Assembly: GCA_015494585.1 (NCBI GenBank)
Contig: WGAY01000036.1
Coordinates: 9,462-73,461, forward strand
Length of the DNA: 64,000 bases
Direction of reading: 5' to 3'
Origin: Candidatus Omnitrophota bacterium
Lineage (GTDB): Bacteria; Omnitrophota; Gorgyraeia; S143-82
The notes below the pieces were generated by a model. That model saw only the letters and a list, made by a program, of their open reading frames with translations. It did no database searches and was not told the DNA's origin. Numbering within the stretch: position 1 is the first letter of the stretch; every line of letters starts with the position of its first letter. Shown here in pieces: positions 49,422 through 59,824 of this stretch. Position numbers and translations under genes: made by a program.

Positions 49422-49850
49422 TTACACTATCAAAACCGGACAGGAAAGGTAGTCAAGGACCATGCTAAGCAATTTATGCGGGGGCTGGAGGGCGGTTCGC
49501 TTCTTGGTCTCCCTCCCTACCACTACCATGTCGACTTCATACTTTTTAGCAAAATCCAGGACAGTTTTCTCCAGGTTGCCTTCTTCCTGTTCTAGCAATA
49601 TCTTTACATCCTGGTCTTTCGCCATTTCCTCTATTGCGTAAAGGTACTTCCAGCCGTCTTCACTGAGTTCGACATAGGCCTCGCTCTCAGTCTTATGGAG
49701 ATGCTTTACCATAACCTTTATCACATTGGGAGCGATAATGTTAAGGGCTATTATGCGAGCCGCAAGGGGCCTCGCAATCTCTATCGCTACCTTTGCGGCC
49801 TTGAAACTCTCCTCTGAACCTTTTACCAACAATAAGACATTGTTTATCAT
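49422..49850 (-). CDS. Universal stress protein family
   Basis: UspA alpha/beta fold with ...DMVVVGRE... and a C-terminal ...VLIV. Confidence 0.75.
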   Translation of the reverse strand: MINNVLLLVKGSEESFKAAKVAIEIARPLAARIIALNIIAPNVIKVMVKHLHKTESEAYVELSEDGWKYLYAIEEMAKDQDVKILLEQEEGNLEKTVLDFAKKYEVDMVVVGRETKKRTALQPPHKLLSMVLDYLSCPVLIV

Positions 49851-49854
49851 AATC

Positions 49855-50475
49855 CTACGATCGTTTCCTTGCCATTATTGTCTTTACCATCTTCTGGCGG
49901 ATAAACATCTCCCGGTCATTCTCCTCCAGAACGTCTTCTATCCACTTCTTTATCCTGCTATAAAGCGGGATAAAAAAGACATCCAGGGCATTCACACGCC
50001 TCTGGGTCTTTTTGATCTCTCGCGCAAGTTCATCTACAATATACCGTTTTTCAATATACTTTACAAGCAAATCCTGAATCTCAGGCACCATTGCCAGGGC
50101 CTGATCCATCTCTAAAGTAGAAAAGGCCAGTCCTGGGCGTGGAATATTTCTCTTGCTTATATCAATACGCGGTACTCGCACGCCCATGACACTGTGGTAA
50201 ACCACCTCCACCTCTAATAAGGCATTGCTCTGCAGGATAAACAGCTCCTCTCTTTCCTGACCCAGGGATATTCCTCCCCTCTTAAACTGGCGATAAAATG
50301 CCCTTAATTTGGTATGAAGGTCTTCATATACGGCCTGCATCTGGGCAACCTCTTTCATAAACTCGCTCATCAAGGCCTCACGCTTTTTCTCTAGGAGACC
50401 ATATCCATCCCTGGATATCTTGAGATTTTCCTTTACCTTTTGGAGATTACTGCGGGTAGGAGTGAGATTTTCCAT
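49855..50475 (-). CDS. atpD: V/A-type ATP synthase subunit D
   Basis: MENLTPTRSNLQKVKENLKISRDGYGLLEKKREALMSEF is a long coiled-coil central-stalk subunit. Confidence 0.9.
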   Translation of the reverse strand: MENLTPTRSNLQKVKENLKISRDGYGLLEKKREALMSEFMKEVAQMQAVYEDLHTKLRAFYRQFKRGGISLGQEREELFILQSNALLEVEVVYHSVMGVRVPRIDISKRNIPRPGLAFSTLEMDQALAMVPEIQDLLVKYIEKRYIVDELAREIKKTQRRVNALDVFFIPLYSRIKKWIEDVLEENDREMFIRQKMVKTIMARKRS

Positions 50476-50492
50476 AACCAGACCTGCCTATA

Positions 50493-51884
50493 TCAGTCTC
50501 TATTGTAATATTTTTCTATCTGTTCCTTTGTCAGCCTATGAAGCTGGTTTTCTGGCAATATAGACAAGACCTCCCATGCTATATTAAGGGTCTGTTCAAG
50601 ACTACGGTTCTCATCATAACCCTGGGAAAGGAACCTTTTTTCAAACTTCTCTCCAAACTCCAAGAATTTCTTATCCCTTTCACTCAATTCCTCCTCCCCG
50701 ACGATATCAGCAAGGCTTCTTATCCATTGCACCTCTGCATAACTTGCATAAAGCTGATTGGCCACATTGGGATGGTCTTCTCTGGTCCGTCCCTTGCCTA
50801 TCGCATCCTTCATAAGACGAGACAAACTCGGCGGCAGGTCAATGGGAGGATATATTCCCTTTTGATAAAGGGCACGCGAAAGGACTATCTGTCCCTCTGT
50901 GATATAGCCGGTAAGGTCCGGGATAGGATGGGATATATCCATATTTGGCATTGTTAAAAATGGTATCAGGGTTACAGAACCCTCTCTATCCTTTACCCTG
51001 CCACAACGCTCATATAGCGAGGCAAGGTCAGTGTACATATAGCCTGGATAGCCCTTCCTGGAAGGGACCTCATCCCTTGCCGCTGAGAGTTCCCTTAAAG
51101 ACTCACAGTAATTAGTCATATCTCCTATTATCACCAATACATGCCTGCCCTTCTCAAAGGCAAGGTATTCTGCCAGGGTCAAGGCGCATCTAGGGGTAAT
51201 AATCCTCTCCTCAGGAGGGTCATCGGCCAGATTTAAAAACATCGTCACCTTATCCATATTTGCAGTATTCTCCAAGACATCCCTGAAAAATAGGGCCTCA
51301 TCAAAACGAATGCCCATCGCGGCAAATACAATGGCGAATTTCTCAGCCTTTCCAGAAACAGAGGCCTGTTTTATTATCTGGGCAACAATCTCATTATGGG
51401 GGAGGCCAGAACCTGAGAATATAGGTAGCTTTTGTCCTCTAACGAGGGTATTCATTGCATCGATAGCACTGATCCCGGTCTGTATGATGTCACGGGGATA
51501 GTCGCGTGACATTGGATTAATAGCAAGACCATTTATATCTACTTCCTTATCTATAGTAGGAAGCGGATAATCATCTATAGGCTTGCCCGTACCATTGAAA
51601 ACCCTGCCTAGCATCTCTTCAGAAACACCGAGTTTAAACGGTTGTCCCAGAAACTTTGCCTTTGCTTTACTGGTAGAGATGCCAGCCGTTCCCTCAAAAA
51701 CCTGAACGATTATCGCCTCCCTGCCGGCCTCAAGGACACGCCCAAGCCTACGTGAGCCATCGCCTATATCGAACTCAACCATCTCGCCATAGAACACCCC
51801 ATTTATAGGCTCCAGTACCGCTATGGCACCGCGTAGTTCCTTGAATCTAGAAGACTCCTTTACCCCTTCAAATATTAACTCCAT
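50493..51884 (-). CDS. atpB: V/A-type ATP synthase subunit B
   Basis: Non-catalytic nucleotide-binding subunit ([10 protein letters not shown]...IVFAAMGI...[20 protein letters not shown]). Confidence 0.9.
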   Translation of the reverse strand: MELIFEGVKESSRFKELRGAIAVLEPINGVFYGEMVEFDIGDGSRRLGRVLEAGREAIIVQVFEGTAGISTSKAKAKFLGQPFKLGVSEEMLGRVFNGTGKPIDDYPLPTIDKEVDINGLAINPMSRDYPRDIIQTGISAIDAMNTLVRGQKLPIFSGSGLPHNEIVAQIIKQASVSGKAEKFAIVFAAMGIRFDEALFFRDVLENTANMDKVTMFLNLADDPPEERIITPRCALTLAEYLAFEKGRHVLVIIGDMTNYCESLRELSAARDEVPSRKGYPGYMYTDLASLYERCGRVKDREGSVTLIPFLTMPNMDISHPIPDLTGYITEGQIVLSRALYQKGIYPPIDLPPSLSRLMKDAIGKGRTREDHPNVANQLYASYAEVQWIRSLADIVGEEELSERDKKFLEFGEKFEKRFLSQGYDENRSLEQTLNIAWEVLSILPENQLHRLTKEQIEKYYNRD

Positions 51885-53634
51885 ACTTTGCCCCTATCTC
51901 TCTAAAGGCCTCATCCAGTCTCTCTCTAAACCTATCAAACTCTTCCAGCTTATCGTTTGAAATCTCCTCCTTTAACCTCATTATCTGAGCAAATTCCTCC
52001 ATCTCAATGATTGTCAGGACATGGATGCCCACATCCAAGAGCTCTTTGGCACTGTCATAGAAAAACAAGATAAGGTCTATTATCTTGAGGCCTTTCTCTG
52101 GTGAAGAAAAACTATCCGAACTATATGCATTCTGCTGGAGAAAACCGAAGCGTACCAACCTGGCTATCTCTATAACCAATCTCTGGGAATCGGGCAAGGC
52201 ATCAACTCCTATAAGCTGGGCCACCCGTTCAAGCCTATCTGCCTCCTGCAAAAGGGCCATTATGCGCGTGCGCAACTGGCCCCAATCTGCACCCTTGACA
52301 TTCTCTCTCCACCAATCAGTAAGGTCATCTACATAGCCACTATAGCTGTCTATCCAATTGATGGAAGGGAAGTGCCTCTGTCCAGCAAGCCTCTTATCCA
52401 ATGCCCAGAATGTGCGCACGAATCGCTTGGTATGCATGGTCACTGGCTCTGAGAAATCCCCTCCTGGGGGAGATACCGCACCTATCACTGTAATAGATCC
52501 CCTTTTGCCGCTCAGTGCCTCTGCATAGCCGGCCCGTTCATAGAATTCCCCCAGGCGCGAGGCCAGATACGCAGGATATCCTTCTTCGGCAGGCATCATC
52601 TCTAACCTCCCAGCTATCTCACGCAATGCCTCTGCCCAACGACTCGTGGAATCTGCCATCAGTGCAACACTATAGCCCTGGTCCCTGAAGTACTCGGCCA
52701 TAGTGATACCTGTATAGACACTTGCCTCGCGTGCCGCAACCGGCATATTAGAGGTATTGGCTATTATTATAGTCCTCTCAATTAAAGGCCTTCCTGTGCG
52801 CGGATCCTGAAGTTCAGGGAATTCCTCTAATACCTGAGTAATCTCATTGCCCCTCTCACCACAACCTATGTAGATAATAATATCCGCCGACGCCCACTTC
52901 GCAAGCTGATGTTGGGTAATCGTCTTACCAGTACCAAACCCACCTGGTATAGCCGCTACCCCTCCAACCGCAACCGGAAACAGGAAGTCTATCACCCTCT
53001 GCCCGGTTATAAGGGGCACATTCGGCCTGAGTCTCTTTAAAACCGGCCGTTTCTTCCGTACGGGCCAACGATGATACATCGGGAGGGCAATCTCTTTACT
53101 GCCCAAATCTATCTTAACAACAATATCCTCGAGCCTGTATTTACCTTCGCTGGCGACCCAGAGGACCTTGCCTTTTATGTCTGGTGGCAGCAGGATCCTG
53201 TGTTTAATAAGAGAAGTCTCCTCAACCTCGCCTATAATATGGCCTGGCCCAACCACATCTCCTTCCCTGACCTGCGGAGTAAAGGCCCACATCCTCTCTC
53301 TGGAAAGGCTCTGTGTCTGTACCCCGTTTTCGACAAATATTCCACAGGCCTGGCGAATGTCCTTTAACGGCCTTTGTATACCATCGAATATATTTCCCAG
53401 AAGACCTGGCCCAAGTTCGACAGATAAAGGATATCCCTTATCCTCAATCTCATCACCAGGAGAAATGCCAGTGGTGTCCTCATATACCTGGATAACCGCC
53501 TTATCTCCCCTTATCCCGACTATCTCACCAACCAATCCGGCCCTGCCTACCGAGACCTGATTTCCAACAGGACTGGTTGAAAGCCCACCTGCTATTACCA
53601 CCGGCCCATTAACAGACCAGACATATCCCCGCAT
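51868..53634 (-). CDS. atpA: V/A-type ATP synthase subunit A
   Basis: Catalytic subunit with P-loop ([10 protein letters not shown]) and the insert region typical of A subunits. Confidence 0.9.
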   Translation of the reverse strand: MRGYVWSVNGPVVIAGGLSTSPVGNQVSVGRAGLVGEIVGIRGDKAVIQVYEDTTGISPGDEIEDKGYPLSVELGPGLLGNIFDGIQRPLKDIRQACGIFVENGVQTQSLSRERMWAFTPQVREGDVVGPGHIIGEVEETSLIKHRILLPPDIKGKVLWVASEGKYRLEDIVVKIDLGSKEIALPMYHRWPVRKKRPVLKRLRPNVPLITGQRVIDFLFPVAVGGVAAIPGGFGTGKTITQHQLAKWASADIIIYIGCGERGNEITQVLEEFPELQDPRTGRPLIERTIIIANTSNMPVAAREASVYTGITMAEYFRDQGYSVALMADSTSRWAEALREIAGRLEMMPAEEGYPAYLASRLGEFYERAGYAEALSGKRGSITVIGAVSPPGGDFSEPVTMHTKRFVRTFWALDKRLAGQRHFPSINWIDSYSGYVDDLTDWWRENVKGADWGQLRTRIMALLQEADRLERVAQLIGVDALPDSQRLVIEIARLVRFGFLQQNAYSSDSFSSPEKGLKIIDLILFFYDSAKELLDVGIHVLTIIEMEEFAQIMRLKEEISNDKLEEFDRFRERLDEAFREIGAKYGVNI

Positions 53635-53681
53635 CTTACACTCCTGCTAATCGAAAATAAAACCTTCAATAGGGATAATCT

Positions 53682-56600
53682 TTATTTCTTCCCTATCTCA
53701 CAAATTATCTCCCTTATTCCACCTGACCTGAGCAGATATGCAAGCTGCCCCTCTAACCTATTGCCTTCTACAGAAAAGACCTTTCCTTCTTGGTTGCTAA
53801 TTACCTCTATCCGCATTACCCCAACGCCATCGGAATAACAATTGTATCTCTTAGGATTCTTATATACAACTAAAGTTTTTCCAAACAACTGGAAGGCAAA
53901 ACTGTTCGCCGGCAGAGCTCCCCTAGCAGGGACCTTTCTGGACTCACTGGTAAATAGCCATTCAGGCAGCTTGGGTGAAAATTCAAACACAAGCTGGCCA
54001 TTTTCATCTACCCAGAAGAACTTATCCCCTACACACATCAACATCCAAACGTGAATCCACTCCACAGTAGAGCCAGTCAACCTTGCAACAAAACCCCTAC
54101 CCCATTGAGACTCGTCCGGGAAAGCACTACTGACAATAAAAGAGGAGTTCTCCAGGATACTGCGGCCATAGACCTCTGGTCTTTGGAAACATATCACAGT
54201 CTTGAGTATATCCGAGAAAAATGGCTTACCAATATCTGATTTCAATAACTCTAGGAGATATTTATACTCCATATGCAGCCAGATAGACTCATTTTCAAGC
54301 CAGCCAGGCGTAAATACAGCCGAACGGCCTATCTCAAGGCTCTCATTCTTTAGAGATGCACAGACCTTATACATCTCAAGTTCCTGGTCAAATAGAGGGC
54401 TCTTTTTTACCGCATCGTATAACTTCCTCGCTTTATCTTTATCGTTCAGGATACGCAGATAGTGGACCTGCCCCTCGAGGAACCAAGGCAAAATATGTTG
54501 AGAAAAACGAGTTACGCGCACTGCAGGTTGGCCAGAGACGTGAGTTTTGCCTTCTATCTCCTCCCACTCCTCTGCTATATAATAAAAATAGGTATTTACT
54601 AAACCACTTTTTTTGTCAATTGCTCTCTCTATTGCCTTTAAAAAGATCTTCTCCGCTGTTTCAAGATATACCAATAGATCGTCCAGAGCCAGAGAGTTCT
54701 CTTTTCCGGAAAGCCCCCAAAACACCTTTTCTCTATAGGCCTCACGGAGCTTGCCTTCCTCTTGCCAGTATTCCATCCCCAGTTCTTTATCGAACAATTT
54801 ATTGATCTGCTCATCTATAAGAGATGCTATTTCCTCCGGTAGATTGACGCTGGGGAAAAATCCCTTATACCTTAACACAAGGTCCTTCAGGAACCTTATA
54901 AGGCGCAATACCTCCATTGTTTCAGAAGAAGAGGAGCCTATCAACCCAGGCAAACCATTTAACGAGTCGTACCAATTAGGCTTATCTGCCTCCATCTCTA
55001 TCCCCACGCCATAGGGATCTAGATTCATCACCTTGGCCGCAAGAAGCGTCAATAGTTTCACAAATAGACTTGTATAATAGACATCACCTTTTCCATAAAG
55101 GGTCCTTACTTTATTTTTATATTGCGGCCTCTCGGAGATAAGCTTGGACTTATCTTTATCCTTTCGAACAGCCTTGTACTGCCTGACACCATTCTTTGTT
55201 AAAACAAATTTCTCATCCCGCCTAGCAACATAGTATTCAGAATCAAAGAAGGTATATGTCTTATCCTCAAAGAACAACCTCTTCTCCTCATCCGGAAAAA
55301 CAGCCAGATAAGATTCTATAAGATCTATATTATAGGTCCAATGGTCTGTCCAGAAACCCTCTCTATGTTCCGCGTCTTCAATCCTTTCGCATTCAGACAA
55401 AAGCCTCTTTAAGAACCTCTCCTCGCCACCTCTTATCTTTATATTCTTCTCCTTTATAAACGAAAACAACTGTCCAGGAGAAAACTCCGTCCTGACCAAA
55501 AAATCCCTCAGTACAGGCAAGGCCTTTGCATTGACAAATCCAGATAACCATTTCTCAAGCTCCGCAGGGCCTTGTCTTAGTACAAACCTTACACCATTTA
55601 TCTGGAGGGGATTGTATCCGTCTAGTCGCAGCAGATTCATAAACAGCTTAACATTGCTATCTCCAACCTCGGGATGGAAAAAGACATCCAAACGGCGATT
55701 TTGATTCATATCCCGGTAGTTTCCATTTCCTTGGGATAGAAATGTAGGCTCCAAATTAAAGTTATTGTAATCCCTCTCCAGGTCACCGTGCTTTCTGCCG
55801 TAGACGTAAAATATATGGTGACCATTTAGAGTAGGCAATTTTATCGGATATCCACCCCTTAAAAGATTATCCAGATAACTTTGGGCCGTATATTTATCGA
55901 ACTCAACAAAAGAGCTTACAGTGAAGACCTCATCCATAATACCAGAAACCAGGTTCCTATTTTCTATCCTCTTATTCAAGATATATTCAGAAGAAGACAA
56001 CGCAAGTCTGGCAAATCGAGATGCTTCTCTCTCTCCAGAGGCATGGCCGATAAGGGTTACAAATTCCGCCTCTCCGGAAGGCGGGATCTTTACCCTCTGA
56101 AAGGAAAAGGCACAAGGCAGCTTATTCTGAAGCATCTGCTCATCCGGATAAAGGAATCTTTTGTCCTCTAAAAACTCTTCAGGATAATCAAAATCAAGCA
56201 CAGAACCAAAGATTGTATCTGGATCAGAGATAATCCGCAGGGCATTGGTCTTACCCTTTGATAATGCATAAGAAAAGTAAAAATTGCCCTTCTCTACCTT
56301 TACAACCTCTGGCCTATCGTCTAATTCTACCCTTACCTTGTAGAAGCCCAGGAAGTCATCTATATGCCTGGCCTGCATCCAGGCCTCTGCTGTCCTGAAC
56401 ATATTTTTGACAATGAACTGATTTAAGCCGTAAGGCAGGATTACTGGCATCCCATCCAGGACCTCCAGGCTCATAGGCCTTGAATTGGAAAGATTTCGTA
56501 TAGAGACAACCCTAACCAAAGCAGGTAGTCTCTCTCCTGGCAACGTAAAATATACAACTGAAATCTTCATCCCCAATGTCTTATTTACCTCTTCTATTTC

Positions 56601-56978
56601 TAACTCATAAGGCCTAATCGTCATTCTTTGCTTCACTGCCTGGGCCCGCGAGGCTATACCTGATTGAAATGGCTCATAAAAGATAAAATCTGAATCCCTT
56701 TGAAACTTTACAAAGGTACGAAATCCATATCGGGAAACGGTTTGATAGGCCTTATTTGCAGGATAAAACTCCATAATCGCCCCATCCTTGCCACTTATCC
56801 CAAAGCTGGATATAGCCTGCCCACGATTCACATAAAAGGCCCATAAGGGAATGCCATAAAGCCCAGCTATTCCCGGGAAGAAACTCGAAAAGGGACGAGC
56901 CAAATTATACTCGTCAATGACAAACCCGCCATCAGGCAAGACCGTATAAACTGGTTCTTTATCCGACCAGGCATCCAT
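53682..56978 (-). CDS. Hypothetical 1098 aa cytoplasmic protein, possibly a glycoside phosphorylase/hydrolase-like (alpha/alpha)6-type enzyme
   Basis: No signal peptide. Segments such as FGISGKDGAIMEFYPANKAYQ and NGNYRDMNQNRRLDVFFHPEVGD faintly resemble GH94/GH36-like phosphorylase cores. Low confidence. Confidence 0.3.
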   Translation of the reverse strand: MDAWSDKEPVYTVLPDGGFVIDEYNLARPFSSFFPGIAGLYGIPLWAFYVNRGQAISSFGISGKDGAIMEFYPANKAYQTVSRYGFRTFVKFQRDSDFIFYEPFQSGIASRAQAVKQRMTIRPYELEIEEVNKTLGMKISVVYFTLPGERLPALVRVVSIRNLSNSRPMSLEVLDGMPVILPYGLNQFIVKNMFRTAEAWMQARHIDDFLGFYKVRVELDDRPEVVKVEKGNFYFSYALSKGKTNALRIISDPDTIFGSVLDFDYPEEFLEDKRFLYPDEQMLQNKLPCAFSFQRVKIPPSGEAEFVTLIGHASGEREASRFARLALSSSEYILNKRIENRNLVSGIMDEVFTVSSFVEFDKYTAQSYLDNLLRGGYPIKLPTLNGHHIFYVYGRKHGDLERDYNNFNLEPTFLSQGNGNYRDMNQNRRLDVFFHPEVGDSNVKLFMNLLRLDGYNPLQINGVRFVLRQGPAELEKWLSGFVNAKALPVLRDFLVRTEFSPGQLFSFIKEKNIKIRGGEERFLKRLLSECERIEDAEHREGFWTDHWTYNIDLIESYLAVFPDEEKRLFFEDKTYTFFDSEYYVARRDEKFVLTKNGVRQYKAVRKDKDKSKLISERPQYKNKVRTLYGKGDVYYTSLFVKLLTLLAAKVMNLDPYGVGIEMEADKPNWYDSLNGLPGLIGSSSSETMEVLRLIRFLKDLVLRYKGFFPSVNLPEEIASLIDEQINKLFDKELGMEYWQEEGKLREAYREKVFWGLSGKENSLALDDLLVYLETAEKIFLKAIERAIDKKSGLVNTYFYYIAEEWEEIEGKTHVSGQPAVRVTRFSQHILPWFLEGQVHYLRILNDKDKARKLYDAVKKSPLFDQELEMYKVCASLKNESLEIGRSAVFTPGWLENESIWLHMEYKYLLELLKSDIGKPFFSDILKTVICFQRPEVYGRSILENSSFIVSSAFPDESQWGRGFVARLTGSTVEWIHVWMLMCVGDKFFWVDENGQLVFEFSPKLPEWLFTSESRKVPARGALPANSFAFQLFGKTLVVYKNPKRYNCYSDGVGVMRIEVISNQEGKVFSVEGNRLEGQLAYLLRSGGIREIICEIGKK

Positions 56979-57055
56979 AAAATAACTCCTATATTATCAA
57001 ATAGTTGGTTTTTGACAAAATCTCCTGTAAGCGCTTTCAATACCATCAAAAAAAA

Positions 57056-57133
57056 TGGCGGGGACGACGGGATTTGAACCCGCGATCTCCAGATCGACAA
57101 TCTGGCATTCTAACCAGGCTGAACTACGTCCCC
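57056..57133 (-). tRNA. tRNA-Asp (GTC)
   Basis: Minus-sense GGGGACGTAGTTCAGCCTGGTTAGAATGCCAGATTGTCGATCTGGAGATCGCGGGTTCAAATCCCGTCGTCCCCGCCA. The anticodon loop is TTGTCGA, CCA is encoded, and the gene is followed by T8. Confidence 0.85.
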
Positions 57134-57235
57134 GCAGCTAGTTATACAGTTAACCACAAAAAGGACAAACAGGCAAGAAATTTTTCATATTAAGGACAAA
57201 ATAACATCCTTATCTCAAAGAATAACAGGAATCCC

Positions 57236-57264
57236 TTGTATATATGGAAACACTAAGTTATAAT
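57236..57264 (+). promoter_or_regulatory. Sigma70-like promoter for rng (TTGTAT, 17 nt spacer, TATAAT)
   Basis: Perfect -10 hexamer with a 17 nt spacer. The 90 nt leader before the rng ATG is consistent with autoregulated RNase E/G leaders. Confidence 0.4.
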
Positions 57265-57354
57265 AAATATTTAGGTTTAACCTGAACTATATTTTGTTGC
57301 TAAAACTTAGCGAATTATATTTTAGTTTAACATATACAAATTTCAAGGATTTTT

Positions 57355-58833
57355 ATGGCACGCGAGATATTGGCTAGCTTAGATGAACAGGAAAAACGCA
57401 TAGTTATACTGGACAACGGCAGGATCGAAGACTATTTCTTTGAAAGGGCAGGTCAGCAACACCTGGTAAACAACATATACAAAGGAATAGTGGAGGACGT
57501 TACTCCTGCCCTGGGTGCGGTCTTTGTCAATATTGGTCTGGAAAGAAAGGGATTTCTCTATATGGATGAGCCCGCAGATACTATCTTTGGACTCTCTCAG
57601 AAGAAAAAGGGGCAGACCATCGGGGAGGTAGCAGAAAAGGGGAATGTAGTGTTAGTACAGGTTTCAAAAGAACCCTTTGGATCAAAGGGGGCTCGCTTGA
57701 CGACCAACATCACCATCCCTGGCAAACACATAGTTATTATGCCATATTCCCAGGTACGCGGGGTATCTAAAAAAATAGTCGATGAAAAGGAGAGAAAACG
57801 CCTAAAGGAGATAATCCACAGCATAAAGGCGCCCTATGGGTTTATCGTAAGGACAGCGGCTATTGGTGCCAGCAAACGAGATATAGAAAAAGACGCCAAT
57901 AACTTAATAAAACAATGGAAAAGCCTCTACAGAAAGGCAGTAAGGACAAATCCGCCGGCATTGATATTCGAAGAGCAGGACATAATATTCAAAGTAGTCC
58001 GCGACTACTTCGATGAATCGGTGGATAGGTTGGTAATAGATAACCGCAGGGAATTCTTGAGGCTAAGGTCGTTTATAAAGGCAGTTTCTCCCCGCCTTGC
58101 AGAAAGAGTAGAGCTCTACAATGCCAATGTTCCACTATTTGAATTGCGCGGTATAGAACAACAGATAGAAGAGATATACAATACAATGGTAGCCCTACCA
58201 GGGGGAGGGTACCTAATCATTGAAGAGACAGAGGCACTAACAGTGATAGACGTCAACAGTGGCAAGTTCAAAGCAGTAAAACGCAACCAGGAAGAAATGG
58301 CCTTTATAGTAAACTGTGAAGCCGCACAGGAAATAGGCAGGCAACTGCGCCTCAGGGACATCGGCGGAATCATCGTAATAGATTTTATTGATATGAAGGT
58401 CCAGGCCCATAAAAATGAGGTGCTATCCGTACTGAAAACCGCCCTTGCCAGGGACAAGGCAAAATCTGAAATTATCTCTGTCTCTCCCCTTGGACTGGTA
58501 GAGATGACGCGAGAGAGGACTGAGAGGACAAGCGAGGCAAGGACATTTTCTACATGTCCCTGTTGTAGTGGACGCGGCAAGATAATGTCGCCGCAGACAG
58601 TTGCAATAGGCTTGTTTAGGAAACTAAGATATATGTTGCGTCAAGATAGACGACGAAAAAAACGGGCTATAGTAAAGGCCCACAAACAGGTAATAGAATA
58701 CTTAAAGACTCAACGGAACATCCTGCTGGACATAAGCAAAAAATACAACACAGAATGCCAATTCATCACAGATAAGGAAATAAGCCCAGACCAATATAAT
58801 CTGGAGGTAATCAATATTGCCAGACGTAGATAA
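57355..58833 (+). CDS. rng: Ribonuclease G/E family endoribonuclease
   Basis: N-terminal S1 domain, a catalytic DNase-I-like region with ...TVIDVNSG..., and a Zn-link CPxCxGxG (CPCCSGRG). Confidence 0.85.
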   Translation: MAREILASLDEQEKRIVILDNGRIEDYFFERAGQQHLVNNIYKGIVEDVTPALGAVFVNIGLERKGFLYMDEPADTIFGLSQKKKGQTIGEVAEKGNVVLVQVSKEPFGSKGARLTTNITIPGKHIVIMPYSQVRGVSKKIVDEKERKRLKEIIHSIKAPYGFIVRTAAIGASKRDIEKDANNLIKQWKSLYRKAVRTNPPALIFEEQDIIFKVVRDYFDESVDRLVIDNRREFLRLRSFIKAVSPRLAERVELYNANVPLFELRGIEQQIEEIYNTMVALPGGGYLIIEETEALTVIDVNSGKFKAVKRNQEEMAFIVNCEAAQEIGRQLRLRDIGGIIVIDFIDMKVQAHKNEVLSVLKTALARDKAKSEIISVSPLGLVEMTRERTERTSEARTFSTCPCCSGRGKIMSPQTVAIGLFRKLRYMLRQDRRRKKRAIVKAHKQVIEYLKTQRNILLDISKKYNTECQFITDKEISPDQYNLEVINIARRR

Positions 58834-59824
58834 AAAGATAAAAGCCGGTATTATAGGGGTTACAGGCCATACAGGGGAAGAACTCCTGCGCCTGCTTCTT
58901 CGCCATCCATCCGTGGAAATAACATATCTTGCTAGTCGTCAAAATCACGGTCCTGTCAAAGAGATATATCCGTGGACTCCACAAGGACTTGTTATATCTG
59001 AAATAGACATATCAAAAATAAAGGCATCCTGCGACTGCGTCTTCCTTGCCCTACCCCATACAGTATCGCAAGAGTTCGCTGCCCAGCTTTATCCAGATGT
59101 AGTAGTAATAGACCTAAGTGCTGACTTTCGATTAAAAGATCCCAATACATATGAGAAATGGTATAAGACAAAACACCTCTATCCAAATCTCCTAAAAGAC
59201 TCCGTATACGGTCTGCCAGAAATATTCAAAGAACAAATCAAGACAGCCAAGCTAATAGCAAATCCAGGCTGCTATCCAACATCTGTAATCCTTGGACTAT
59301 ATCCTCTAGTAAAAGAAAGACTCATAAAAAGCGTATTTATCGATGCTAAGTCAGGGGCAAGCGGTGCAGGGAAAAAATTATCGAACAATCTTCTCTTCGT
59401 CTCTCTTAGTGGTGAACTAAAGCCATACAAGGTAAATCAACACCAGCATATACCCGAAATACTGCAAATACTAGGCCTTCATGAAGAAGGAATCATCTTT
59501 GTACCGCACATAGTAGGAATAGAACGAGGAATTATTTCAACGATGTATGTCTCCTTAACCTATGGTAAAAGCCAGGAAGAAATAGGACAACTCTATGAAC
59601 AATACTATCGACATTCTCACTTTGTAAAGCTACTAGGTGAAGACCTACCCTCTTTCAGGGGAGTAGCCCATACAAATCAATGCCACATTTCAATTCGCTC
59701 GGTCGCACCCGATATGGTTATCGTAATCTCTGCAATAGACAACCTAATAAAGGGTGCAAGTGGCCAGGCGATTCAGAATATGAATCTTATTTTTGGTCTG
59801 GACGAAAAGGAGGGATTGCTGTGA
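58817..59824 (+). CDS. argC: N-acetyl-gamma-glutamyl-phosphate reductase
   Basis: IKAGIIGVTGHTGEELLRLLLRHP and the active-site block NPGCYPT. TTG start; overlaps the rng stop by 17 nt. Confidence 0.9.
   Translation: MPDVDKKIKAGIIGVTGHTGEELLRLLLRHPSVEITYLASRQNHGPVKEIYPWTPQGLVISEIDISKIKASCDCVFLALPHTVSQEFAAQLYPDVVVIDLSADFRLKDPNTYEKWYKTKHLYPNLLKDSVYGLPEIFKEQIKTAKLIANPGCYPTSVILGLYPLVKERLIKSVFIDAKSGASGAGKKLSNNLLFVSLSGELKPYKVNQHQHIPEILQILGLHEEGIIFVPHIVGIERGIISTMYVSLTYGKSQEEIGQLYEQYYRHSHFVKLLGEDLPSFRGVAHTNQCHISIRSVAPDMVIVISAIDNLIKGASGQAIQNMNLIFGLDEKEGLL

Noticed and set aside
56867-57100. 77 aa minus ORF spanning the tRNA-Asp
   Set aside because: Overlaps the tRNA gene and the start of the 1098 aa protein; no RBS.
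57000-57355. Strand-switch region as a replication origin
   Set aside because: No dnaA/dnaN nearby and no obvious DnaA-box (TTATCCACA) cluster. The plus-strand island is only four genes long and followed by a return to the minus strand.
58116-58580. 154 aa minus ORF
   Set aside because: Antisense inside rng.
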